The notes under the pieces were generated by a model. It searched no databases and was not told where the DNA came from. It saw nothing but the letters and a program-made list of their open reading frames with translations. A stretch of 64,000 nucleotides of DNA, from NCBI GenBank assembly GCA_040954595.2, contig CM082586.2, positions 1,989,124 to 2,053,123 of the forward strand, written 5' to 3'. The position numbers and the translations under genes are program-made. This DNA comes from Balanoglossus misakiensis. Taxonomy: Eukaryota; Animalia; Hemichordata. Shown in pieces: positions 42,001-53,594 of this stretch. Each line of letters starts with the position of its first letter. Positions within the stretch are counted from its first letter, which is position 1.

Positions 42001-45000
42001 TGGGATTGTACACTATTCCTAAAAGCAGGGTTACACAACAAATATTTCTTACCTCCAGGGTCCTGGGAAAGAAGTTTGTATCCCTAAGGAGATTTCCCCT
42101 CTTCTTATACTCTACATTGCTTTCTTTCCAGGAAACGCTGTAGGTGAATTTCACTTCCAAAGGTGCCTCCACTTCATCTAAGCTGGTGGGCTGGTGTTCT
42201 CTGGTACTCACGTTGGCTGAAATCACCTGGAGGAGGGGAGAGGGGGGGGGGGAGGGGGAGGGGGAGGGGGAGATGGAAAGAGTATGAAGATACTGATCAC
42301 ACACGAATAATCTCGAGTAATCTCTATGTTCAGCTGCTGAGCCATGATTTATTAACGCAGAAAGCCAATGTAAATGTAGTTGTTGGTCGGTGTTCTTTGA
42401 TCTCCGCTTTTCAAAGTATATTATAGGTTTCACAATGCAACACATTTTTTCTGTGTTCATAAATACCCAGGGATAATAAAAATAGCCAAAAGTGATGATG
42501 CGTCCACATGATTATTTTAGTATACTATTATTTTTTATTGAAATGCTATTTTCAGTCAAAATACTGCTATAGTGGAAATAAAACAGAGCTTGTGGTGTAT
42601 TTAGTACAGTGACAAGATAATCATGTCCAAAGTTCAGGAGGAGCCATACCTGATTGCCGTTGTACTCTAGGTAGAAGTGGTGATGCGTCCATAGGTATAT
42701 TTTATGTGTGTGTGGTAGAAAAGCACCTTCTTCCAAATGACCTATGAACCCACGGATGGGCAGATCGTCTGAAAACAGAGAGAGAAAAAATTCTCACCGA
42801 CTGATCGGATCATGAGCTCATGAAATCACCACATGCAGACAGACAGTCAAATCCTCTCGTCAGGGGATTGTATTCTTCGCTATCAAATGATGTCAGACGC
42901 GCTCAGACGGCAGTTACGTTCGCATTCAAATTTCCAGATGACGGGCAACTTCAGCAACGTGGACTTACGTGGTGCAGACAAAGACTGTGCAGACGAAATG
43001 CAATGAGGCTGATGAGACAACATACCCGATACATGTTATGTGTTTGGCGGTTCTAAAGTAAAAACATACTCGGAAACACTTTTACTGGATGCCGAAATAT
43101 TGCTTGCCCGTCATCTGGAAATGACTGCGCCATGTGACGCATTGCCAGATCACGTGATTGATAGTAAAGAATACTATAAAAGGAAGACTTTTTACTCACC
43201 AAAAATAAATTCAAAATAATAGAGGTCTTCTATAGCGTCCCTCAGTTGAGTTATTTCCTCAGACGTAAGTTTGACTGTACACAGTTCTTTGTCTTGAGCA
43301 TTTTCTGAAAAAAAAACATGACAAATTTTAACTTCATTTCATAATGTTTCACTGACACTATTTGACAGATTCTATGTGACTTCAATAGAATGAACTAGCT
43401 GATAGTATCTGCAATATAATTAATAGTATTTATTTACCTTTAAAATTAATTTCATAATTAGAAACGGCCATACGATCTCCATCTAGGATCTCACCTAATG
43501 TAAGACTACGATGTTCAACCTGCAAGTAAACAGCATAGAGTAAACAATCACTATATGGTATCAAATTTCTTTGTAAATAAATTGACATCTGTGAACATTG
43601 TGTGGTTTCTAATTCAAACACGACTGAAATAATACAACTACGCCCTGAAAGAGATCATGTTTGACCAGTTCATGAAGAACCCACAATCCCTCTCTCTCTC
43701 CAATGTCAAAGGTCAAAGCACACAATCAGCAGTATCATGCATCCATGCTATCTCCAAGACGATAGAATAGATGAACACAAAACTCGTCCCGAACCTTTAC
43801 CTTGTCTGGTCTACACACTGGTAACTGGTAATAATGGTAGGTCTCGTGTGGGTTGAAGTACGGACCTACTTTGTTGACGTACAATATCACCTGCAAATCA
43901 AAACAGAAAAATGTCACCTGGGAAGCTTTGAAAAATAGGTCAAGTGTGGTCACGGACAAGGATGTACCACTCAGGGCTGTTAATACATAAATCACAAGGC
44001 ATGTCACAAACATAAAACAAGACCAAGATCAGAAGTCAAACATTGGTTTCATGCATGCTGTTGCTTTCAGTGGTGTCTGGTGCAACAGACATGAAACTTG
44101 AAAGGAAGGGAGAACTTTCACTTCTGTGAAGTGCACAAGAAATGCACAGCATGATCAGATTAAATTCTGTGTACACATGTGTTAACTAGTGCTTTATTTT
44201 TTGTTCCGCATGAAAAGCTACACACAAAGAACAAACATGTATATTATCATATCATTAAGATGAAAGGGCTACAGAGAAATTTGAACAAAACCTTCAGCAA
44301 TTGTGTGAATTTGGAGAGGAAAGTGAACAAAAGTCATTATTTTCACAAGAGTCAACTAAGCAAATAAGAGAAATGTAATTTTCCAACATGTGAATCAATA
44401 AACGACCACAAAAATATGCTTTTCTCTTTTTTATCAGTTGAGTATTTTGATTGGTTGGGGTGACAGTGAACTGCACGGACGGCTTAGGCAGAAGTAACCA
44501 ATCAAATGCCTCGAGACAGACATATGAATATGAAGAGACATGAATATTTAGATTTATATACCATGAATGAGGAGACAATAAAATGAATTGGTCCTGGCAA
44601 CAGCTTGGGCTCGCACTGTCCGCACAGAATGAAAAGCAAGATGGGTTAAGGTTCCCATGACGTAAATAATTCAACTTCCCGTGTTTGAAAAAAAAAAAAT
44701 GGCAGAGATAATCCCTCACATTTAGGATAATCTTTTGCGGACAGGCAACATATGTGCACCATATGACTGGCGGAGAAAATCAACATGCAAATTTCATACA
44801 GCAAGCTGATACCGCCAGACAGAATTTCAATTGTTAAAAATTTCCTATGGCAAATAGTTCCCTGGTTACATGCAGTTCAAACGCTCTATTCTTTCCCTCT
44901 GAAAAGCGTGAGACTTCTTCACACCTTTTTACAAATATAGAAACTGACTGAACTAACAGCGAAAAACAATTTTACTGAACAGATTTAACAATTAATCATC

Positions 45001-46850
45001 CATGCAAAAAAGAAACTACATTATCGCTGACTCCAATAAAATTAATATTTGAATTTTATAACGAACAAGTTAACAATGCACAATGTCTGAAAACATAAAA
45101 TTCTGTGGCATAATTTTTTTAAATTATACCTTGACATGTTAACCGATTCACATGTCAGCCTCGCCCCCACAAATGAATGCAGACTGAAGCTAACCGAGCA
45201 GAAAAAAAAATGTTAGGGTTAAAGGTCAAACTATTAAAGAGCATTTTTATAAGGTCAGGTTGTGTAAAGGCTAAAAATCATTTTCCTTTTAATTGTTATT
45301 CGGTTTATAAGCACTAGATCTGAAATATAACAGAGACTGGTACACATGGTTTTATAATTCGACATTACTCCTAATTAAAATCAGTTCTTTCATTGTCACA
45401 GAGCTGTTGTACAGGTTTGGATCCAGTAATGTGAGGACATGGCTGTATACAGAGCTCAAGAACAGTGTTGTGTACTTGTGACAGTCTGAAATCTGTTCAC
45501 TTCTCGCTGTTTATTTCTTTTTCCTATGATTTGAATCAAAGTATCTCATTATGTAGTTTTGAAACTTCATATTAATTTACTTGAAAGTGTACTAAACAGC
45601 CAAAGTATACAGCTCCAGTTAGATCTCATAACCTGCTGTGTTGGTTTTGCTTCTTGCTCTTGTATATTTGCAAACATAATATGAAAGCATGTCACCCCAT
45701 TCCTTCTATGGAGGGCAACTTTACCATAGAAAAAGTTAAACAATGGGTTTGGACCAAACCATGTGGACTAAACCAGCTTTCACTTAATGACCTAAGGTGA
45801 CCTTGACCTCTGCAAACAATGCACTGCCGTCACCCCACAATTCACAAGTTCATTTTTTTCACTTCCTGGTGGGACCTGCAACTGTTTCATTTCTGGGACC
45901 AATACACACGTATTCCTCCTCATTTAAAGAAAATCAATGAAAATTTTGCATGCTCAAAGGCTTTTATAATTCTCCTATAATTGCCTAGAACTTTGACTCC
46001 TCAGCCATGGTCACTCCATGGCTCAGCTGTCACCACCTACATGTAGGGTGTGAATCACCATGGCCAAAATTTGATTGATGATACATGTAGTTCCACTGAT
46101 AAAATGTAGATGGTGATGATCTGCTTGCTGTTGGATTCTAACATGTGTCATAAAAAATCTGACATTTTTACCCAAACAGCAATTGATTCAAACATAGCCA
46201 TTGATTCGAATGTTCATTTCACAACAATGTAGATTTCTCTAATCATGTTACACATTTGTGCATTCTCCTTCACTGCACGTCAGAAGATGATGTGGTGGGG
46301 ATTGGTTGTTAGAACAGGCACACTGCCGTTTATATTGAACATTTTTGGGGTGAAATAAACGTCAACTTCACTTTACTAATGAAGTGCTTGCGTGGCTTCT
46401 TGTCTGTTGACACAGTCAATGACAGAGACACAGAGTTGTCTGTCATTGACTTTTTATCATGCACATTATAAAAAACCACACAACCAAACTTGCAATTTAA
46501 AATTAGACGCGAAGATAATGCAAGAAATATAACCATTTAGTTCCAGCCAGCAGAGCTACGTTGGTTTTTTTTTTCATACTGACGCATAGACGCCATCTGT
46601 GGCCAACCCAGCCACATTTAAAACTATGGTTGTCCAACGTGTCATCTTCTCTCGGTTGCCAAGTCCAGGACGAAAGGGGTTCACTTTTCCCTTTCCATTT
46701 TAAAGCTGCAATGAATAATGCTACGGGAAAACTCCAATTAAAGGATAGACCATTCTCTTCCCTTCTTACCTGATCTCCATTCTTGTAAGCGGTGGCTTTT
46801 ACGATATTTGTCAGTGCCAACAAAAATACAGCGTACCACAGTGCGGCCAT
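39018..46850 (-). CDS. TM9SF1: Transmembrane 9 superfamily member 1 (nonaspanin/EMP70 family), 14 coding exons, ~585 aa
   Basis: Exons (minus strand): 46770-46850, 43801-43890, 43438-43519, 43200-43304, 42650-42768, 42053-42226, 41840-41911, 41530-41677, 41174-41299, 40951-41043, 40717-40827, 40395-40557, 39895-40086, 39018-39219. All introns are GT-AG with matching phases; total 1758 nt. Signal peptide [19 protein letters not shown]; family motifs [59 protein letters not shown]; C-terminus YIYVNLKMD is typical of TM9SF1. An in-frame upstream ATG at 46883 is possible. Confidence 0.96.
42930..43122. mobile_element. MITE-like element in TM9SF1 intron 4 bounded by perfect 19-bp inverted repeats
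   Basis: ATTTCCAGATGACGGGCAA (42930-42948) and TTGCCCGTCATCTGGAAAT (43104-43122). No clear target-site duplication. Confidence 0.5.
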
Positions 46851-47624
46851 CTTGGGTGGAAATCTCGCCACTCTCGTCACCATTTGTGTAATCTCGTGAT
46901 ATGCGATACTTCACTGCTGTCTGCGATTGGGATAATCCTGGTCGAAATCTTCCAATATTTCCGCATATGGTGCAGTTGTGGACAGTCAACGTTTCCCTTC
47001 CTGGTACTATAGCGACTGTAAACTGTTGTAATATAATAAAGGGTCTTGAACTCTGATAATTTGTGTATTTTAGCGTGTTGTTTTTACAATGCACCGTGCC
47101 CTACTGATCCGATTTTTATACTAACATTAATCCTAGGCCGTAGCACTGGCTTATCCAGCCAAATCAATCCGCAACGTCTTGGAATCCAGGGTCAAAAGTC
47201 CAATCCCTAACTTAATTTTTGTGTTATTTGCATGGGTCTGTGCGATATAAGCGAGTGTCTATATTTTAATGCAAACTGCAAAGCTTTCAGCGACACCTGC
47301 ACACGTTTTAAGGGATTTCATTTGCCATACGACGTGGAACAATATGTGGATTAAAGCAGGCGTACTCCGAAATACTAATCCGACGTGTCAAGCGGTACGC
47401 CGTTGAGCAGTTTACGCGTCCAGGGTTTTGTGGTCATTTAGCGCAAGGATTCACCCAACACGCTGTTCCACATTTCCAGGATTTGTTCGCCCAGGTGTTC
47501 TGGAGTTTCAAGGAGATAATCTGGACGAAATTCCGCGGAAAATTGCCAGCATTTGTGTATTATATCATGTATAATTAGTTAATAAACAGAGCGCACGGCT
47601 GACAATTGCCTCGACGTCCATGGA
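46851..47624. promoter_or_regulatory. Putative bidirectional CpG-rich promoter between TM9SF1 and the Compass/SATB-like gene
   Basis: The two start codons are head to head, ~775 bp apart. CpG is locally enriched relative to the flanking gene bodies. A YY1-like CAAGATGGCCGC overlaps the TM9SF1 ATG (minus strand) and a CCAAT box (gattgg) lies near 46925. Confidence 0.55.
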
Positions 47625-50600
47625 ATGGACACCACCACCAACGACGCAGTGAAACAGACAACGCCTCTCCGATCCGACAGAAACGATACAAGGGTACCCA
47701 ACGAAGGAAAGGTTGGTCAAACTCTTTTCCCACTCACTTCTTGGGAACACCTGTGAAATTCCTGGGTGTATGGGGTACGGGAATTGACGTCACGCGTCAT
47801 TACAACTGACCTCACAAATTTGCATAATCAAATTTGAGCTAATGAGTTCAAAGAAGCATGCATAAGTCATCTTGATTATATATTTTAATTATATTAATCA
47901 ATTTATATATTTGAAACTGATATTCTGTTGGTTGTTGGACCACCCTTCTTGACTTTCAATTAATGTCAGTTATAATATTTTTAAAACATGATAGTGACAC
48001 CTAATTTGCATACACATGGTGCTATAGATCCCTGAAATAAATATTAATAGTAGTATCAATGATTAAAAAAGTATGTGAGAAATATAACATATACCTGAAA
48101 TGTGAAATTTTATTCTCAAAAATATATTGAAACACTGAGGAGTGTCTTACTGAATTTATCTATAGGTTTAGATTAATATATTTCATGATTTTTCTGTCTC
48201 ATTTAAAAAAACCTCAGTGATGAAATTTTCTTTGAGCAGGCGATCTTGCCAGCCTCCTGGTTAAAAATGATTATTTAATATTGAGGTTTATCACATCATC
48301 ATGGCGATACAACTAAAAGCTTTAGACTTTGTTAATCTGAACCATTGCAACATCTGTGCATGATAAGCTCATAGTTTCACACTGTTTCCATATCAATGCA
48401 ATGTTTCTTTCAATGGGGGAGTATTATGTATTTCAAACATTTACTGTTTAGCAAAAAAAAAAATATTTGACAAAATAAAAGTTTACTTGCATCATCCTGT
48501 GTTGAGGTGGTTTTGTGAGTTTTTACCCACAATGCTTCTCTTTTTGTTGCAGTGATCATGTAGATGGTAAACATTTTTATATATGTAAAGTTCTTCAATT
48601 CTTTATCATAATTTATCCCATATATGTTAATTATACAGCAATTATTGTTCACCCCTAGAATCGGTACAGAAGCAAAATATAAAGTGGTCCCCTGTCTGTG
48701 AAAAGTGGGGAAATAGTGTGCTGTATTAGTAGCCTGTAGGAGACCGGGGTCTATGTTCAGTTTTGCACCACTTCACTGTTCAGTAGAGGCATTTGCAGCT
48801 GCCCCAAGTATACCTTTGTGATCTCAACAGGGAAATTCTTCTCTTCGCTGAAAACAATTAAACTAATCGTGTGATTACTGCCCATAGGGAATTCAGATTG
48901 AATTGCAGAAAAAATAAAAGCAGCCATGCCATATGTTACCACAGAGTTGAAGTGTCGCTAGCCTTAACAGGATCTTTTTTGTGATCTCGCTCAAAATTTC
49001 ATTTACTGGTTTAGTAAGGTGTGCATGTTCTGAACAGGTTAAGCGCAGAAACCAATTGTTTTGTTAAACTCATCCTAGAAACCGTTCAGTTTTACTGACT
49101 TCATCCTGGAGACTGTGCAAGATGATCCTGGATACTAATTCCCAAAGCTAAATCCTAGCTACTGATTCCTCTCTCTGTGCAGATTGTTTTGAGCACAGAT
49201 TGTCTTTTATATCTTTTATTTCGTGCCCGGCCTCGCCATGAAGATGTTTGTTTCTCCTCTGCAGAGGTTCGGAGACGATGCTGAGAGACGGTCGTCATCT
49301 AAGAGGAAGCAGTCGACGCCACTGAGAGTGGTCAGCCCTGCCAGTGATGAAGAAGAGGGCAGCGGCGATGTGGTTGTTATGGAGACGGAGCTTACCCAGG
49401 AGAGCTGCGACGAGAGCAACTCTGTGCCGCAGAATCGGGAACAAGATAACGGCCGAGTGGTAGCCATGCAAGGTATTGTTGAATTCGTCCCATGATGGTA
49501 AGATAATATCCACTCATTTCTGTTTTCTAAAATTATCATCATCATCCCTTTTTATTTTTGGATTACTCAGGTTCATTGGGCCGTCATGTGCCTGTACACT
49601 GCACAGTTGAAGTTTCCACGGGCAATTTCAACGAAGATGGCAGTCTCTTCTACTTGATGGAAGTTGATGATTTCACACTTGTGCCTCATGATCTACCAGT
49701 TTCCAAACTTCCCAAAGCAGCTCTCATTCAGCTTGGCTATGGACTCCAACCTGCAACAACTGTTACTGGTAAGCTATCAGGATACTACCTCACTTGATTT
49801 ATCCCTCAATAATAATAGCTGAAGTTAATAAGATTGCTTTGAAATATGCGTTGTTGTTGTTTTTAAGCATGTTCATCTTTTCTCATACATTTAGGCTATA
49901 TCCAGATTGTGAATTGGAAACCACTTACATTAGAATCGATCACAGATGACCCACAGGTCAGTGTGGAGTACCTCTTTGCTAATCTAACCAATGTTGCCAC
50001 ACTGAGAATACAGATCACAAGGTAAGATATATAGAATACTAGACTAGACTAGAATAGACTAGAATGTCTTAGTTGTATATTACATGTCATGAGGAGAAAT
50101 GAATCGTTGCATCATTTGCTCTGAAGATGCATCACAATGTATTTATTTTTGCCTCAGTCACCCAGTGATGGTACCATCAGTGGCCTGTGTACAATCGGAA
50201 ACAGACCCGCCCCAGCAGCTGCAGACCACAAGCGCAACCAGCCCATCCATATCGCCAGAACCCACCAACACAGAAGTGCCAGTCATGAACGACATCAAGG
50301 ATAAACTGCAGCAGTTGTTGAAGCACCACAAACAGTCTCTGTTGGTCAGTCACGGCTGTCCGTTCTCACAGGTCAGTAGTGAGACTTTGTACAGATTTTT
50401 ATGATGGAACATGATCAGTATTTGGTTTCTGCCTTTTAAGGCATAACACACATCTGAGACAGATTTTCAGAAAAACGATAGTGATCATGTAGAATTTTTG
50501 CCTTTCCCCTGTAGGCCATGATCTCACAGGTAATCCAAGGAAAGTACATCAACAGAATCTCATCGGACAAAGCCAATGCATTCTACAAGTGGTATGAAAT

Positions 50601-53447
50601 CTACCTTGGTCTGTCGAAGGGGTCGACATCAACATCAAACCCTTTTAAGAAGAAACCATCTGGCTATCGAAGAACACGTACATTGTTTGACCCGAAGGAT
50701 GAGTTGCCAAGACTCCGGAGATGGTTCCGGGATCACCCTCGACCGTCGCGTGAGCAAATGCTGATGTATCTGTACGAGCTGAACAATCTTGAAAGGAGGA
50801 AGAAAGGAACTCTTCTGCAGTTTTCGTCGATTCTACTCTGGTTTAAGAATGCCAGAGCAAAATACAAGACGAATGATTGCATCTTTCCAACTCGCGCCAC
50901 AAATGATGACCAGGAGGAAATGAACACCAGTGTTAGCCCTTCACCAAAAGTACAGGAAAATGGGAACTCGTCAACCGACACCAGTGGATACAGTGGACAA
51001 GGCGCCTTTGACCTTGACCAAGGTCACAATCATCTCGAGAGTTCTGGGTCTGGTTCATCATTGATGGAGTCGGAGGAAACTCCTAAAGAGAGTTTTAACC
51101 AGCGGGAGAGTTTCACCCAACAAGGATTGATTCAGACAACGCCAGTGTCTGTAAATCCACAACGTCCTCATAAGCCAGTCCCAGTTGATCAAACAGGTGC
51201 CAATAGATGCAGTCCGACAGTCAACAGAGCCAGCCAGAGTTTGGCCGTTAACCCCAGATCCAGCCCCAGAGTCGCAAAAGGCCACGACTCCATGAAAATC
51301 GCCGAATCCATCATCGAAACGGCGACCGTCGCCGAAGCGCTGTACGGCAGAAGGAAGCGTCATCGGTTTTCCATTCACCCGCTGTATGAAGTTCCCAAAT
51401 TGAAAACATGGTTTATGGAAAACCCGAGGCCGGACTATACGACCAAAGAGAGAATCATGCAGAAATTGAACGCCAGCCCCTTCCGAGTCGGGCGCGAAAA
51501 ATGGACTGTGAAAACGGTCACCGTCTGGTTCAAAAACGCCCGGGCCAAAATGTACCGCAACGAGTTATTCAACGACATCACCCAGAAACCTACGAGCACC
51601 CAGAATGCAACAGACACGCTGGGCACAGCAGCCAGCACGTTGGGGGCAGCAACAAGCCTGACCAGTCAGAAAATAATTTTCCCTGTGTCCATAGCCGCCT
51701 CATCAAGTAGTCGAAGCCACTCACCCAAGAGTTTGACGCCTAGCGATGCAGGGACCTCAGCTTCCGTCGAACACACGGAGCCAATCACTACACAAGTGAA
51801 AATAGAAGTGGACAGCTCTGGAGAAAACGAACCGCCAACGCACACCACCCACGCTGAGGACATCTCGGGATTGAAAGCCAGTCCAGAAATAACACCCAGT
51901 GCGTCTTCCTCCAAATCTTTGCTCGCTCAGGTCAAAGTTGAAAGGTCACATGATTTCTCTCCCTTTGGCTCTGAAGGTTCTGACAACTACAGGTCCACTC
52001 CATCGCTGGCGAGCCCTCAGATCATGGAAAATTCACAGCGGTATCTTTCCCCGGCATCGCTAGCAAGTCCGGCAAACTCGGAAAGTTCCTCTAGGTTCCA
52101 TACGGCACCTTCGCTCATAAGTCCGGTGAATTCCGAGTCTTCCCAGCGATTCCAGATGCCTGGTCTGGCAATCAGTCCAGCAAACTCGGAAGAGTCTCCC
52201 AGATACCACTCGACAGCTCCCCTGGTAAGCCCTTCGCAAATAGACAGCCCGCACAGGTACTACGGCCCACCACCCTTGACCAGCCTGGCAACTCCGGAAA
52301 CCCCACAGAAAAGGCCGGAGCAGGAGAAGGTTTTCCAGATCAACTCCACCTTTGAACTTCCCAAACTGAAGAAGTGTTTCCAGGAGAATCCGTATCCCAC
52401 AAGCGATCAGATTGAACACTACGTAGAGATGCTCAACTCTCTTCCGTTACGACAAGTACAGAGTCAGAAATACAACGCCGAGATCCTGACTGCCTGGTTT
52501 GACTTGGAGAGACAGAAATGCTTCCCTCAGACACCCATGCCAGCTGAACAGTGTGTGGCTAGTCCCTCAAGGTACAGTGCATATCAAGTCTTCTTTTCCA
52601 GTTAGTGAACAGTGGGTAACATCCAATGGGTTGGACCCATGGTAGCTAATAGTAGCAATTATTGTTTCTTTAGCCTGTGCTTTTGCTTCTGGACATGGAA
52701 TAACCTCATGAATTTTTATATCCAAGTTCCAGCATCAATAGTGAGGATATCTATGAAACGGAAACTGAATGGAATGACGTGATGGTACGGAAAGTAGTGA
52801 TGGAGCTCTTGAAGGAAATCAACCAGACACAGCTTGGCCAGATCAGTCCTCTGACTCAGGTATGTGCACCGAGTCTTGCTGTGAAAAAGTCAGTTCAGGG
52901 GAAAATGTTGTGAACCACACTCTACATGCATGCTATGATGCAGAGTTCTTAATCTGCGTTTCATTTTGTTTCAGTCCATGGTTTCATGCATTGTAAACAG
53001 CAAATACTCTGCTACGATTAGCAAAGAGAAGTGTGAAGAATTCGGCAGGTGGTATGAATTACAGCGCAGTCGCAGAGGTGAGTTTGTCATTCAATCAATC
53101 TTTAAATGCTCCTGTCTCTTCTGATACACTCTCGTCTTCTGAAGCAGCAGTATCTCTTCATTCCATCAGAATTGCAACAGAAGGAGAGAGTTCAACACTT
53201 CATCCGGTACATGCCCGGCCGGAAGCTGAGCTTCCACCCGGAATACGAGATCCCCCGGATGAAGGAGTGGTTCGGCAAGTACCAGCACCCGACGGACATG
53301 AAGTTGCAGGAGTACAGTGACATCATGAACGCGGATCCCTTCCGTCGGCAGACCGGACGTCCGATCACCGTCACTAATCTGAGAGTTTGGTGGAAGAACG
53401 AACGCGCAAAGAGAAATAAAGAAGCTCGCGATACCAAACACAAGTAG
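47625..53447 (+). CDS. SATB/Compass (CMP, dve-like) CUT-class homeobox protein, isoform A: ULD + CUTL + 3 HD + CUTL + HD4a, ~1134 aa
   Basis: Exons 47625-47711 (less certain), 49265-49472, 49571-49768, 49895-50021, 50158-50371, 50515-52571, 52727(or 52733)-52859, 52975-53077, 53170-53447. Phases match; total 3405 nt. ULD/CMP: VPVHCTVE...ALIQLGY...[41 protein letters not shown], which aligns to the SATB1 ULD. CUTL: [16 protein letters not shown]...FYKWY and [32 protein letters not shown]. dve-type homeodomains have WFKNARAK. An alternative in-frame ATG at 49238 applies if exon 1 is not used. Confidence 0.88.
49571..50021 (+). other. ULD / COMPASS (ubiquitin-like oligomerisation) domain exons
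   Basis: The spliced translation matches the SATB1 ULD pattern (LPVFCVVE...ALLSLGY...GLIQVGKWNP...TDAPDATV...VVTLKIQ). Confidence 0.85.
50031..50066. repeat. (TAGAC/TAGAA)n pentanucleotide repeat in an intron
   Basis: atagaatactagactagactagaatagactagaatg. Confidence 0.75.
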
Positions 53448-53594
53448 AAGCGAATGTAGTTACCCTGTACGTGACTTCGAGCAGTATACTAAAATCGAAT
53501 GTATATATGATCATGTGTGTCAAGCTTGTGTGTGAAACATTTCTGCCAAAGATTATCAAGATGTTCTGGCATTGTTTTGTTTTTTTCTTTTCAG

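Noticed and set aside
50518-52605. 695-aa ORF as a standalone single-exon gene
   Set aside because: It begins in the middle of a CUTL domain right after an acceptor (50514), and a donor at 52572 leads to further domain-coding exons. It is an internal exon, although an intron-retained short form cannot be excluded.
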